Assembly: GCA_001643675.2 (NCBI GenBank)
Contig: LSRY02000040.1
Location: 372,001-436,000 of the forward strand
DNA length: 64,000 nucleotides
Direction of reading: 5' to 3'
DNA from: Monocercomonoides exilis PA203
Taxonomy: Eukaryota > Protista > Preaxostyla
Shown: piece by piece, positions 13,353-24,545 of the stretch
How positions within the stretch are numbered: position 1 is the stretch's first letter
Layout: each line of letters begins with the position of its first letter
Position numbers and translations under genes: made by a program
Notes under the pieces: generated by a model
What the model saw: the letters and a program-made list of their open reading frames with translations, nothing else
Database searches by the model: none
What the model was told of the DNA's origin: nothing

Positions 13353-14063
13353 CAGTCTAAACCGGATATAATCACATCGGTTTTTGCACAACTTTTTGTG
13401 ACTATATCCGATTGTGATTATACACGTTGATGCTTTACACAGAAATAAATAAAAATTAATTTATAAAATAATTAATTTTGGGTCGATTTTTTCATTTTTG
13501 GTAATTCTTCATCAAAACGCACTTTTCACTTGCGAAATTAATTTTTTGCATAAACGTATATTATTAAGACTTTTTTGAGCACATTTTTGAAAAATCTAAA
13601 AAATTGTGAATTTTGATCAAAAAGTCGATTTTTCAATGAAAAATCCACACATAATGAAACAAAATGTGATTATATGGGTGATTATTTTTGAAATCAAATT
13701 TTTTCGAACAAAATTTTCGGATTGATAATTTTGTTTTGAATTTTAGTTAATGAGCACAGAAAAGTGATAACTCCAACAAAAACATTTCTGTATCTCTTTC
13801 ACATCAAACATTTGCTTTTGATATAGTTGAATAAATTTTCATATTTCAATGATAAATTTATTTTCAATGATAATGAATATTCGTAATAAACAACACTCCG
13901 AAATTAGTTATGATTTCAAAAATAATCACCCATATATTTTCATCCCTGTGATTATATGCGATGAAAAATGAATGAAAAACAAGCATTTAATGTCGGTGCA
14001 TCGAAAAATGTGACAATAAACGAATGTGATTATATTCAATGTGATTGTATCCGGTTTAGACTG
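13353..14063. mobile_element. Tc1/mariner-pogo-type MITE, 711 bp, TA target duplication
   Basis: TIRs CAGTCTAAACCGGATATAATCACAT (13353-13377) and ATGTGATTGTATCCGGTTTAGACTG (14039-14063), 1 mismatch; TA on both sides; internal TGTGATTATA repeats; no ORF. Confidence 0.9.
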
Positions 14064-15199
14064 TATTTAAAGAATACAAAACTTCACGTGATAATTAAAA
14101 TCATGTTTGCTTTCGGATTATAAAATTCAATTTATTTTGAAATAAGAGAAAATTTCAAAAAAAAATGAGTTAAACAAAATTTTATTGCTTCGTGGAAAAA
14201 TGATTCAAAGAAAGAATTTTCCCGTATATCTCCATCCAATAATTTTTCAATAAATATTTTCATTACATTTTCTTGAATGTCATTTTAAAAAAATGAAATT
14301 TATGTTTTGCTCATTGAAGAATTATTTGGTAAAAAATGGTTATCATTTTCAGAAGATACGAGAAAAGAATAACAACCTTGTGAAAAGAAACGATTGATGA
14401 ATAGATCATTTACAAACCACAACACTTTGAATATAATTTCTTTGACTTTGAATTGTCATTGTTTTTATTTGTGAAAAACTTTGGTGAACAATAATATTGA
14501 GATAACAATTCTCCTCTTCTGAAAAATTGAAAAGCAATGATGAAAAAAAAATTAATAACATTATAGTTATTTCTCAATGACCATTTTTGATTAAAAAAAA
14601 TAAGTATTCAGATAATTCAAACAACAAATGGAAAAAAATAATTTCAGTCAAAATTTTTTTCCATGAAGCCTAAATATTTCTTTCCCCAAAAACTTCATTT
14701 AACTTTTCCAAAAATAATAATAAGAAGGAATTTAAAATTCGTTTGCAGGAATCATTGATATGATTACTCAATGCTTTGTAGCCTCGAAATTATTTCAAAA
14801 AATGGACAGATTTTATTCTTTTTTTTTGTTCACAATAAGTTTTTCAAATATTCATAATTCTTCTATTATTAAGCCTTTTGCAAAATATTTCGTCCCAAAT
14901 GGGAAAACGTGACAAAGTTTTGTATAATTGTTTTCAAAATTTGGATGAAGCTTTACCAAATGAAGAAGAACAAGTTCTGCTTTGACAATGTCAATAAAGT
15001 TTTCTTTTCAAATCCATTTTTCTTTCTCAATAATTTTGGACATTTTTCGAATAAAGGATCATAAATTGACCAAACTGTTCCACCTTGTGATAATGAACGA
15101 AGGATCAGCTTTTTTCAATAAAAGTCTGATGGATTAACTATGGGCTAATTGAGCAAATCGCAGTATTTTCTTTTTGATTTTAAGAAGAAAAGGTACTTA

Positions 15200-16081
15200 A
15201 CTGAAACAGGAATTTATGAAAAGATTAGCTATATGGATGCTTCAGTATATGTTTACAGGTTCAATAACAAAATGAAGTTCGACAAATATGCATTCTTCAG
15301 AATGAGCGTTTGATAATTTTTCTATTGCCTTTTTATGTGCAGAAAACCAGTCTGCACAATAACTTCTTATTGTCACATCAAACGACTGGAATTCTGAGAT
15401 GATATTTTTCTGAATAAAAGAGTATTCATCAGTTGAATAACAACAAGGATATAGGTTCCAGAAAAATGGAGATGACTGCAATGAAAGAGAAGCAACGGAA
15501 ACAACAGTATACGAAACATTTCCAGTTGATCCACAGTCCAGAAAAACGCAAATTCTTTTATTTGTTATTGATATGATTCTTTCAAGCTTTGTTGTTGTTT
15601 TGCTTTTCAAAACCATCTGAGAAACATTTTTTCTTGAAAGATATAGGAAAATCGAAGTTTGTGATAAAGATGAATTTTCTTGACTGATTATCATAAATGA
15701 CGATAAAAATGAATTCATTTCATCTGAGGATGCTGATGAAAATGAAACGTTTCATTTGTAAATCATTTTGACAAATAGATATTCAAGCTCACTTGTAATT
15801 GTTGCTTTTTCTTAATTTAATTTTTCCATTTCGCTGTGAATTGCAAGTTGTTTTCGCTGCTTCAATAATGTTGATATTTGCTGATGTCTTTATCATTGAC
15901 GATTGTGTTTGATGATATGTGGATATGATTTTCTTCCTGACACACCACAAGAAAAACCGTCTTTTGAATTTGGGCACATGTAATACATGTGACAATCATT
16001 CTTTGTAGCTCCATGTTCGTCAACTTTTGAGTAAGAAATCCATAAATTGTAATTCACAATTTCAAAGGATATTTTTGACAA
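15200..16081 (-). pseudogene. 5' part of a decayed hAT-like transposase
   Basis: YMCPNSKDGFSCGVSGRKSYPHIIKH and ICVFLDCG...PFFWNLYPCCY...RSYCADW align with the + strand copy (CSNSK...C...SGRRGNFSIENH; VVMDGG...PLFWKLHPSCY...RCFCSDG). Confidence 0.6.
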
Positions 16082-17191
16082 TTATTGGTTATTTTTTTAG
16101 AGTTCATTAATTTTCTTTCATTATTTTCAATTCGAAACTTGTTTGTAAATGAGAAAAGATTTTGCATTCAAATAGCAAATTTATCTCAACTGTTTTTGAA
16201 ACGTATGTTTTTGTTGAAATGACAATGTGGATGTCATTTAAAAACATTTGTTTTTTCAGTGTTCTTTTGTTAATATTCATGAGAAATTTTCGAACCGAAA
16301 TTTTTCGATTGAAAAAACATGATATCAAAAATAATCACTCAAATGAATCAAACTTATGTTTCGTTTCGTTGAAATATTTATCTCAATGATCAAAAAACAA
16401 AAAATATTAAACTTTATCAGTGTAAATGAAAGGAAGTATTCACGAATCAGTTTCGCTGAATTATTTATCAATTTGGTTTAATAGAATGAAGATCTTTTAA
16501 TTTTTTGACTAACATGGACTGTCAATAACGATTTGATATTTCATTTGAGAAATTATTTTTGAGATCATAACATTTTTCGGTGATTTGATTTTTGTTAGGT
16601 TTTATTACGTTGAATAAATATTTATCATTTCAAAAAAAAATAAATGATAATTGTTCAATAACCCGATGTTGAAGATTAAGTTAATGAGAAAATAAATCTT
16701 TTGAAAGAGAAATAATTATCCAGAATTCATATATCAAAATTCATTGTGCATTTTCAAACCGTATTATTGTTATAGAAAATAAAAAGATTCAAAAATATTA
16801 GCTCAATTTTTTCTTCACTTCAGCACCCCATCTCAATAATTAATGCAATGTTTTTCCAATAAAAAGATAAATAAGTTTATAAATAAAATTGAAAGTGTTT
16901 ATAGATTATTATTCCTTTTTAGAAAATTTTCATCAATAATATCGTAAATATTTTCACATTTGTGAATTCTTCTATCAAGTCAATCAGAACTTAAAAAATT
17001 TCACCTCAACGGATAGTATAACACACAGGTTTTTCTCTTTGAAAACATTTTGATTAAAAAAACTCAAAATTAATTTCACTGAAAAAAACAGATTTTTTAT
17101 TAAATACTTAAATTGTTTATTTTGTTTTCACTTTATTCAAACGCTAATAATTTTTTTCATTATTAATATTGATTCATAGTTTCATAGTTCA

Positions 17192-20003
17192 ATGATTCAC
17201 AAAAGAAAAACATTTTCGATTCCAAGGAGTTTATTCAAATGCAACAAACAAATGAAAGCGAAATTGTCATTTGTGGAAATACAGAATTCAAAAGAAATAT
17301 TTTGGAAAGTTTTCAAGTATCCAATCGATTTGACAAAAATTATTACGAAAGGATTATTAGAAATCGACAAAAATATATTGGAGATATATTTTTTTCCAGT
17401 TTTGCTCAATGGGAATTTAAAAAAAGGAAGTCCAAACTTTTAATGCTCAAATTCCAAAAAAAAAAATGTGCAAAGTTGTTTTTCAGGAAGAAGAGGCAAT
17501 TTCTCAATTGAGAATCACAAGTATTATTTATTGTCAAACCATTGTCTGGAATTTTTGATGAAACCAAAATCAAATGAAGTGGAAAAAACAAATCAAAAAA
17601 AGGAGAGTAAGAAAAGTCAATTAAATCCTTTCAAGCAAATTCAACCTTTGCTCATTAGATTTATCATCCAGTGTTATGTTTCATTTCTTTCAGCTTCATT
17701 CACAGAGTTCAACGATTTTGCATCAACTCTTGTTGCAGTTTCTTAACAAAACCAGACAATTCCTTCAATACTAATATTCCCTAAAATAACACCAAGAAAG
17801 GTTTCAACTTTATTGTCTCAAGAAAAGAAAATGAATGAAATCTTAGTGTCAAAATATGTTTCAAACACAGCAGTTGCTGTTGTGATGGATGGAGGTGTTG
17901 TTGCTGGGCAAAAATTTACTGATGGATATATTGTCTCATTGTTAATGAATGCAAAACCATTATTCTGGAAATTGCATCCATCATGTTACACAAAAAGCGA
18001 TTTTGAAAACCTATCATTGTCTGTACTGTGTGAAATGAGAAATCTGAATTCTGAAGTTCGTTGCTTTTGCAGTGATGGTCTTAAGCCTCAAAAATAAGCA
18101 CTTGAACAAATAAATTCGGTGGACTCTACAGACATTCATGAATAATAACATAATTTATTCTGTTCGATTTTCGTCTATTGCATGAACCATCTGTGCAATC
18201 TAATTCTAACAAGAATCATCAATTGAAACCATTTTTTGTCAAATATTTTTTGTCAAATAATTGAGTTTTCCAAAAAGGCTCATTCTTCAAAATACAAATA
18301 TGCTTTTCTGAGAAAGTGTCCCACATTTGTTTCAACAAGATGGTTGTGCATTTATCAGATGTTCTGATATATCAAGATAAATAAAGAAATAGCAATGAAA
18401 GAAGAACTTCTGACAGAATGTTTTATTTGCGAAGTTTTGAAATTAGAGATTTTCTTTTTCCTCTATATACGTTGCATTTGTTTTTAGAAAAAGATTCATC
18501 AAAATTGGGATACGTTTTTCCAGAATTACTAAAGATATGTGGTAGATATTACACAATTTCTCAAAACCGGAATTTTCATTGCAAAACATGGACGAAATGT
18601 GTCACAGATTTATGTATTGATTTTTTCAACACTTTTTTATTTTGTCAAAGAGGAGATATAATTGCTCTTGCTTTTTCGTTTACTCCATTTGGTTTGAATC
18701 AATTTAGGAACGAACAATTCACAAGCTTCTTCAATACGGAAATTGGAAATTTACTTCATCGCTCATTAAACAAAGCACGTTCACGCACAGATTATTCCTT
18801 TTCTGTTAACGAAGAATCAGATTTGACAAATTCATTCTGTGAATCAAATTCATGTTCATCATTTTGTGCAAGAAATTCAAAAAGAACATCTTTTTCAATC
18901 AATGAAGATGATTTCTCAAGCAATGCTTCCTCATCTTCCTCGACAACTGCAAACAGTGCAATGAAAATATTAGATCAAACAATTGACAAAATAAGTTTTG
19001 CAGAAAATCAATCCTTGTCAATTTCTGATCATTCAGATGAAAGTTCATGTTCATTCACAAGTATTCATTCACCACTTTTTTTACGATCTTTTGAAAAAGC
19101 GATCTCTGTTGCAACGAAGCCTGCACCAGCAAGTTTTGTCTTTAACGATGTTTCAACGGAATGTCCGAGTGATTTAACAACAAGAACAAAGAGAAGTGTT
19201 TCAACCTTTCAAAAAGAAACTGATATTTCATCGTTTCTTTCATTGCTGGATGCTCTGGAAGCAATAGAAAAAGTGGATACAGAAAAGGATAACGAAGATA
19301 AGCAATCAAATGAGGAAACAATTTTTGAGGCTATCTTTGGATTAACTGAGGCAGAATTAGAGACTGAAGATGATGAATATTCGAATTATTCATATCATGA
19401 AAACATGAATGAAGACAAAAGAACGTATGAGTTTTCTTTGTGATCGCGTTTGTCAGGAAGAAATGATGCTGCAAATACATTGACTCAAATAAAAGAAGAA
19501 GAAACATATGAAAACAGCACAATTGAAGATGTCGAAGAAGTTGATGTGTTAATAGTTGGATCAAATGGAAAAATTACTCAAAAAGCTTCTGACAACGTCC
19601 ATTAAAACAACGAAATTATGAAAATTATAAATTCCAATTTTGCATCTTCTTGTGGTTTATGATTGGTTAACGCTTTCGATAAATACGTTGATCAATCATT
19701 GGAGGAGTTCGAGGAAGATATAAAGGTTAATTGCAAAAGACTATACGGAGATTTCCTTTTTCCGATTGAATGTTGCAACATGTATCGAAGTCCTCATTCG
19801 TTTTATTCTGTTATTGGTTTAAAAGGATTATTCTATACAATATTTTCCAACATTAACATTTCCCTCATTTCGTGCAACCACCGCCAATAGTCTTTCCAAC
19901 GTGTTTTTATTCGAATTCGAAGAATAAAAGGAGATCAACTACATTCTCTTTAATTGAAAACAATGAATCCTCTTATTAAAATATTGTCAAAGAAAAAAGA
20001 ATG
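17192..20003 (+). pseudogene. Decayed hAT-superfamily transposase
   Basis: Motifs in hAT order: Zn-finger-like N-terminus, VVMDG (D1), CSDG (D2), YCMNHLCNL (CxxH, about 18175), CPTFVSTRW (about 18315), and a C-terminal dimerisation-like segment QRVFIRIRRIKGDQLHSL (about 19900). Several stops and frameshifts. Confidence 0.75.
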
Positions 20004-20279
20004 AAATTCTTTTCATTTCAATTCAATAACAACAAATAATCACATTATGTTCTTGTTTGTTAAAACAATTTTGAAAGATATTTTGAAAAAAAGCAAAACA
20101 AAAGACATATATAAGAATTGTCACGATATTTGAATGATTCCACGAAGTTCAATGTTGGCTGAAACTTCGACAAACCCATTGTTTTCCATCTTTCTTTTGT
20201 TTTAACAAATAGAAAAATCTTTTCAAGGCATGATTTAAGAATGGAGGGCAAAACAGTTTCAAATAAAAATTGCAAAAAA

Positions 20280-20362
20280 TAGCACCCCTCCGGGTTCGAA
20301 CCTTCGACTCTCCAACTTGGAAGTTTGTGAGCAAGTTGCTGGTACAGATACTCTTGAGTGCT
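20280..20362 (-). pseudogene. tRNA-derived sequence (Gly-TCC-like loop), probably a pseudo-tRNA or SINE head
   Basis: Minus strand AGCACTC...GGGTGCT-A forms a 7-bp acceptor stem; B-box GGTTCGAACCC; loop CTTCCAA; TTTTTT terminator follows. D-arm and T-stem pair poorly. Confidence 0.5.
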
Positions 20363-20366
20363 CTAT

Positions 20367-21341
20367 TAGAACTTGATTGATTTGACTGAATCGCGAAAAT
20401 GTGACTCAGTCAAATCGATTTATGTCTCGTTTATCGAATTTTGCGTATTTTAATTGAATTTCACTCAATCTCACCGAGGGTGAAATTGCGATTTTTTTGA
20501 TCACAACAAGTGATTGAACATTTTTTTGTTTTGTTCATATCTTGACCTGTGAAATCATGTTGATATTGATTTTTTGATATGTCGTTTGTCAACTTATGAA
20601 TTTTTAGTTTTTATTTGTATTTTTGTTGTTGTTTTTTTGGTTTGTTTTTGTTTTTTGTAACTTAAAAATTTCGTAATTGTGACTCAGATGTTAACTTTCA
20701 CTGTTGAAATCGAGCCAACTTTATTAATGTTTTGAACAATTAACATTTTCATATTATTTTTAATTGAAAATTTTCAGCATTTATAAAAAATATAACTTTT
20801 TTGTGTTGTCTTTTCTGATATGTGTTTATTAATCAATCATTTTTCAATATTTTTGCATATTGAATAAAAAATAAAAAGAAAATAAGATTTCAAAGATTCT
20901 TTTTTTGTGTTTTTTCTTTTTTTCTGAAAATTTTTGAGAAATGTTTAAAACAAATGAAATTAGTTCTAAATGTTAAAAAATGAAATGAAATTTTCTTACA
21001 TTATTTAAATAAATCACCAGTAATTATTATCACACAAAAACAATTAGAATTTCCTGGTTTTTCCTAAAAATATCAATAATATAAGAAAAACTTCAAAATA
21101 AAAAACTATCTAGAATGAAAAATTATTAAATTCAATCATTATGATTTAAATCAAACTCAAATAATAAATATTTATTAAAATTTTTTTAAAAAATATTTTT
21201 GGATCATGGTACCCAGAATTGAAAGCATCGGATGTGACTGAGTCACATCCAATTTGACTGAGTCTCAATGAAATTTGATCGATCTTATTGGATGTTGACC
21301 GATCTAATGCCACTTGATGCAGTCAAATCAATCAAGTTCTA
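20367..21341. mobile_element. hAT-type MITE, 975 bp
   Basis: 26-bp TIRs TAGAACTTGATTGATTTGACTGAATC / GATGCAGTCAAATCAATCAAGTTCTA (1 mismatch); TAG start; subterminal TGACTCAG/TGACTGAG repeats at about 20402, 20680, 21235 and 21255; TSD only partial. Confidence 0.85.
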
Positions 21342-22084
21342 TTTTTCTATGCTTTTCTTACACACAAATATTTATAACAAAACCCTAACCAAAAAAATTG
21401 ATCGAAAAATGAACCACTTTTTTCAAGCGCAAACACTCAAAAGAGAAGCGGGAACAAAACCCTAAGCCCAAGAACTGTTACGCTAACTCCACAACCAAAA
21501 CAAAGCAATTTATACAGAGATTGTTTTTTAATTAAAACTCCAAATATAGATCAGTACTGGATCAGATCAATTTTGTTCACCTTTCATAAATATTGCCATT
21601 TGTATTTCTTTCATAACAACACAAAAAAACATTCCTTTTGATGTACCACATTTTCTTTTTTCTTCACGTGCTTTTAACAATATCTTCATCCACAGGTTTG
21701 ATTTCTCTCATCTTTTTTCAGTTTCCATTTTTTCTTTTTTTGATCTTTTGCACTTTTTAATTCTTTGTCAAAAACGAAATATTTTATAAGTTTTCTATCC
21801 TCAACATTTTTCATGAAAAGTCCTTGAAAAATCGACATTAAAATAAGTTTGTTATTTTTATTCTGAATAATTGTTAATAATTAAAAAAAAGATAAAAATC
21901 TTCTGGACAATAAAATAAAAGAACATGAAAAATGGAGAAATTCAAGTGTTCAAAGTTGATAAATGTGAAAAAGATTTGAAATTGAAAAAAAAGAAAAGAA
22001 AGAAAGAAAAGAAAAAATAAAAATAAGAAAGACCACATAAAAGACGAGGAAAAGGAAAACCATGAAAAGGAATAAAGTTATATA

Positions 22085-23301
22085 CTAACACGAACATTTT
22101 CATAAGCCCGGATATTTTTTCATTGTTGAAACAGAATACATATAACATAAATATATAAAAAACAAACTTATAATTGTAAATTTTTCAATACTTTGTACGG
22201 ACAAATATTTTTTGTTTCAATTTTGGTTTATGATGAAGATCAAAGGAATTTCTCATTTTTTTTTGTTCATTTGTTTTGCTCGTTTTATTCCAACTCTCTT
22301 TCTTTGTTTATTTTTAATTACAAAGTCAAAAACATACATAATAAAATTTTGTTATTACAAATATTTTATGGTTTTATCTATTTTTTTCTATTGTTTTTCA
22401 AATTTCATATTTTTCATCATGAATGTTGAAAAAATGAAAATTATGAGCTGTTATTCATTTTGATGAATTATTTAAAACAATTTCTTGCAAATATGATTGA
22501 AAAGATTTTGAGTTATTCATAATAAGTCATTTCTTATTTAATTGAAAACAAAATAAGCATTTTTATTATTTTCAAAAATTGAATAATGTTATGAAAGAAG
22601 CAACATTTAACAAATTTTTTTATACGGAAAATATTTAATTCAAATCTTTATCTTTTCATGCACATTATTTCTCATATGAAAAATATATTGAACAGGTCAT
22701 AATTTTGATTTTTTCAACATTCATGATGAAAAATATGAAATTTGAAAAACAATAGAAAAAAATAGATAAAACCATAAAATATTTGTAATAACAAAATTTT
22801 ATTATGTATGTTTTTGACTTTGTAATTAAAAATAAACAAAGAAAGAGAGTTGGAATAAAACGAGCAAAACAAATGAACAAAAAAAAATGAGAAATTCCTT
22901 TGATCTTCATCATAAACCAAAATTGAAACAAAAAATATTTGTCCGTACAAAGTATTGAAAAATTTACAATTATAAGTTTGTTTTTTATATATTTTTGGAA
23001 TATATGGGTATCTCTTTTTGAAAAGTCGCAAATGTTTAATTTTCAAATAAATTTGAAAATTCATATTTTGCTAAATTTTTGTTGGCATTCACCAAACTCT
23101 TCTAATACGGAATCTATTTCTTGATAATGCCATTTCATTCATTCTGAAGAAATTTCGTGAGTGGAAACATTAATTTGAGTAAACCATGAAAAATTTGATT
23201 TATAAGAAAATTAAACATTTGCGACTTTTCGAAAATAATCACCCAGAAATTCTGTTTCAACAATGAAATAATATACGGGCTTATGAAAATGTTTGTGTTA
23301 A
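22085..23301. mobile_element. Long-TIR MITE flanked by TA/TATA, its left TIR interrupted by a foldback element
   Basis: CTAACACGAACATTTTCATAAGCCCG at 22085 is inverted to CGGGCTTATGAAAATGTTTGTGTTAA at 23276-23301; the rest of the left TIR resumes at 22998-23070, inverted to 23175-23250. Confidence 0.75.
22146..22997. mobile_element. Foldback (Mutator-like) element with about 300-bp near-perfect inverted arms
   Basis: 22146-22452 is the reverse complement of 22691-22997, which explains the mirror-image ORFs 22212-22463(+) and 22665-22931(-); spacer about 240 bp. Confidence 0.92.
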
Positions 23302-23689
23302 TATATCACACAAATAAAAAAGAATAATGTGAAAGTGGATTAAACCAACACTTTCAAAAATTTATAATTCTTTTTAAAATTTTTTTGTAATAAAACAACA
23401 AACATCAAAATATTAATAATAATGTCATGATCGTTTGTCACAACCCAAATAAATTGAATGACAATTATTTAAACAAACATTAATTTATTGCAATAAGTGT
23501 CTTTTTTTAATTCGTATTCACTGCTTCTGTTTTCATTTTCATTTGTATCGGAATCATGATAAATATAATCCTCAACAACAGATAATTCATCTGAACTTGA
23601 TCCCTTATCTGAATTTTCAGAATCACTATTATCTTTTTTTCATAATGGGTATCGTTATCTTTAAAACTGAAAATTTTCTGACAAAATTT

Positions 23690-24029
23690 GACGAAATCCA
23701 GATTCTTTCTTTTGAAAGATATAAATTCAGCAATTGTTTCATCTATGAACCGATCTCTGATACCTGTTGCAGATAAAAATTATCTTATGTTCGACCATAT
23801 ACATTTAATCATATTCGTACACACTCCATTTTCAGTTCTGCAACGATACTTGTCACACACTGTCTTGTGTGTCAATCCATGTTCTTGTAATAATCTGCAT
23901 GCAGTCCATTCATCAGATATAATTGTGCTGTCTTATCTTATGTTTGTTATAATAATTGGTTCAATGAAACATTTTTTTCGACAACTCACTTAAACAACTG
24001 GAGTTTTTCATTGTTTGCATTAATCAATC
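23690..24029 (-). pseudogene. Merlin/IS1595-like (ISXO2) DDE transposase, 3' half
   Basis: Own translation: DSTIISDEWTACRLLQEHGLTHKTVCDKYRCRTENGVCTNMIKCIWSNIR*...IAEF, matching the ISXO2 pattern GSxIxSDxW...HxTVxH...GVxTNxIExxWS. The catalytic E reads K and stops are present. Confidence 0.8.
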
Positions 24030-24269
24030 TAGGTCTCTGCGACAGACCGACATTTTCAAAACAACTCGACGACTCGACCGACAATTTTGTCGAGTTTTTA
24101 TTTTTTGGTAATAAAAAAATTTAAAAAATAAAATTTTATTTTTTAAAATTAAAAATGAAATAAAATTTTTTTCAATATTTTTTTATCTGTAAATATTTAT
24201 AATTTGAAAAGGAAATGAATAATCATAATATTTTCTTTTTTTTCTGAAATTCTATTAATAATAATGGGT

Positions 24270-24340
24270 TATCGACAGTTCTTTGTCGAGATCAGTCGAA
24301 CGACAAAGATCAGTCGTTTGACAAAGATCAGTCGAGTTGT
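24270..24340. repeat. Subterminal tandem repeat GACAAAGATCAGTCG of the large hAT-type element
   Basis: Two full copies and one partial copy, plus scattered CGAC motifs at 24040-24095. Confidence 0.75.
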
Positions 24341-24545
24341 AAGATATGACTAAAAATAAATGATTTTTTAACAATTGTCAATTATTTTATTTTTATTTTG
24401 AGACTTTCTCTCACTTAAAGATTTCATTTTTTTTAATTTTTTAATCATGTTTGCTTTGATTTCTTATTTTGAAGTTCAATGATTTGGTTAAATTTTATAG
24501 CAAATGTTGCATTGCACAAACAAGGCTTTTTAATTATTATTTATA

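Noticed and set aside
14100-15200. Annotating this stretch as a DIRS pol remnant
   Set aside because: Only faint motif echoes; left as a suggestion pending TBLASTN.
21380-21465. Telomere-like AACCCTAA motifs
   Set aside because: Only two isolated copies; no array.
22193-23064. Duplicated small hydrophobic proteins
   Set aside because: They are chance ORFs mirrored by the AT-rich inverted arms of the foldback element.
24270-24340. CRISPR-like repeat array
   Set aside because: Repeats are about 15 bp with 1-3 nt between them, in eukaryotic context; they fit transposon subterminal repeats.
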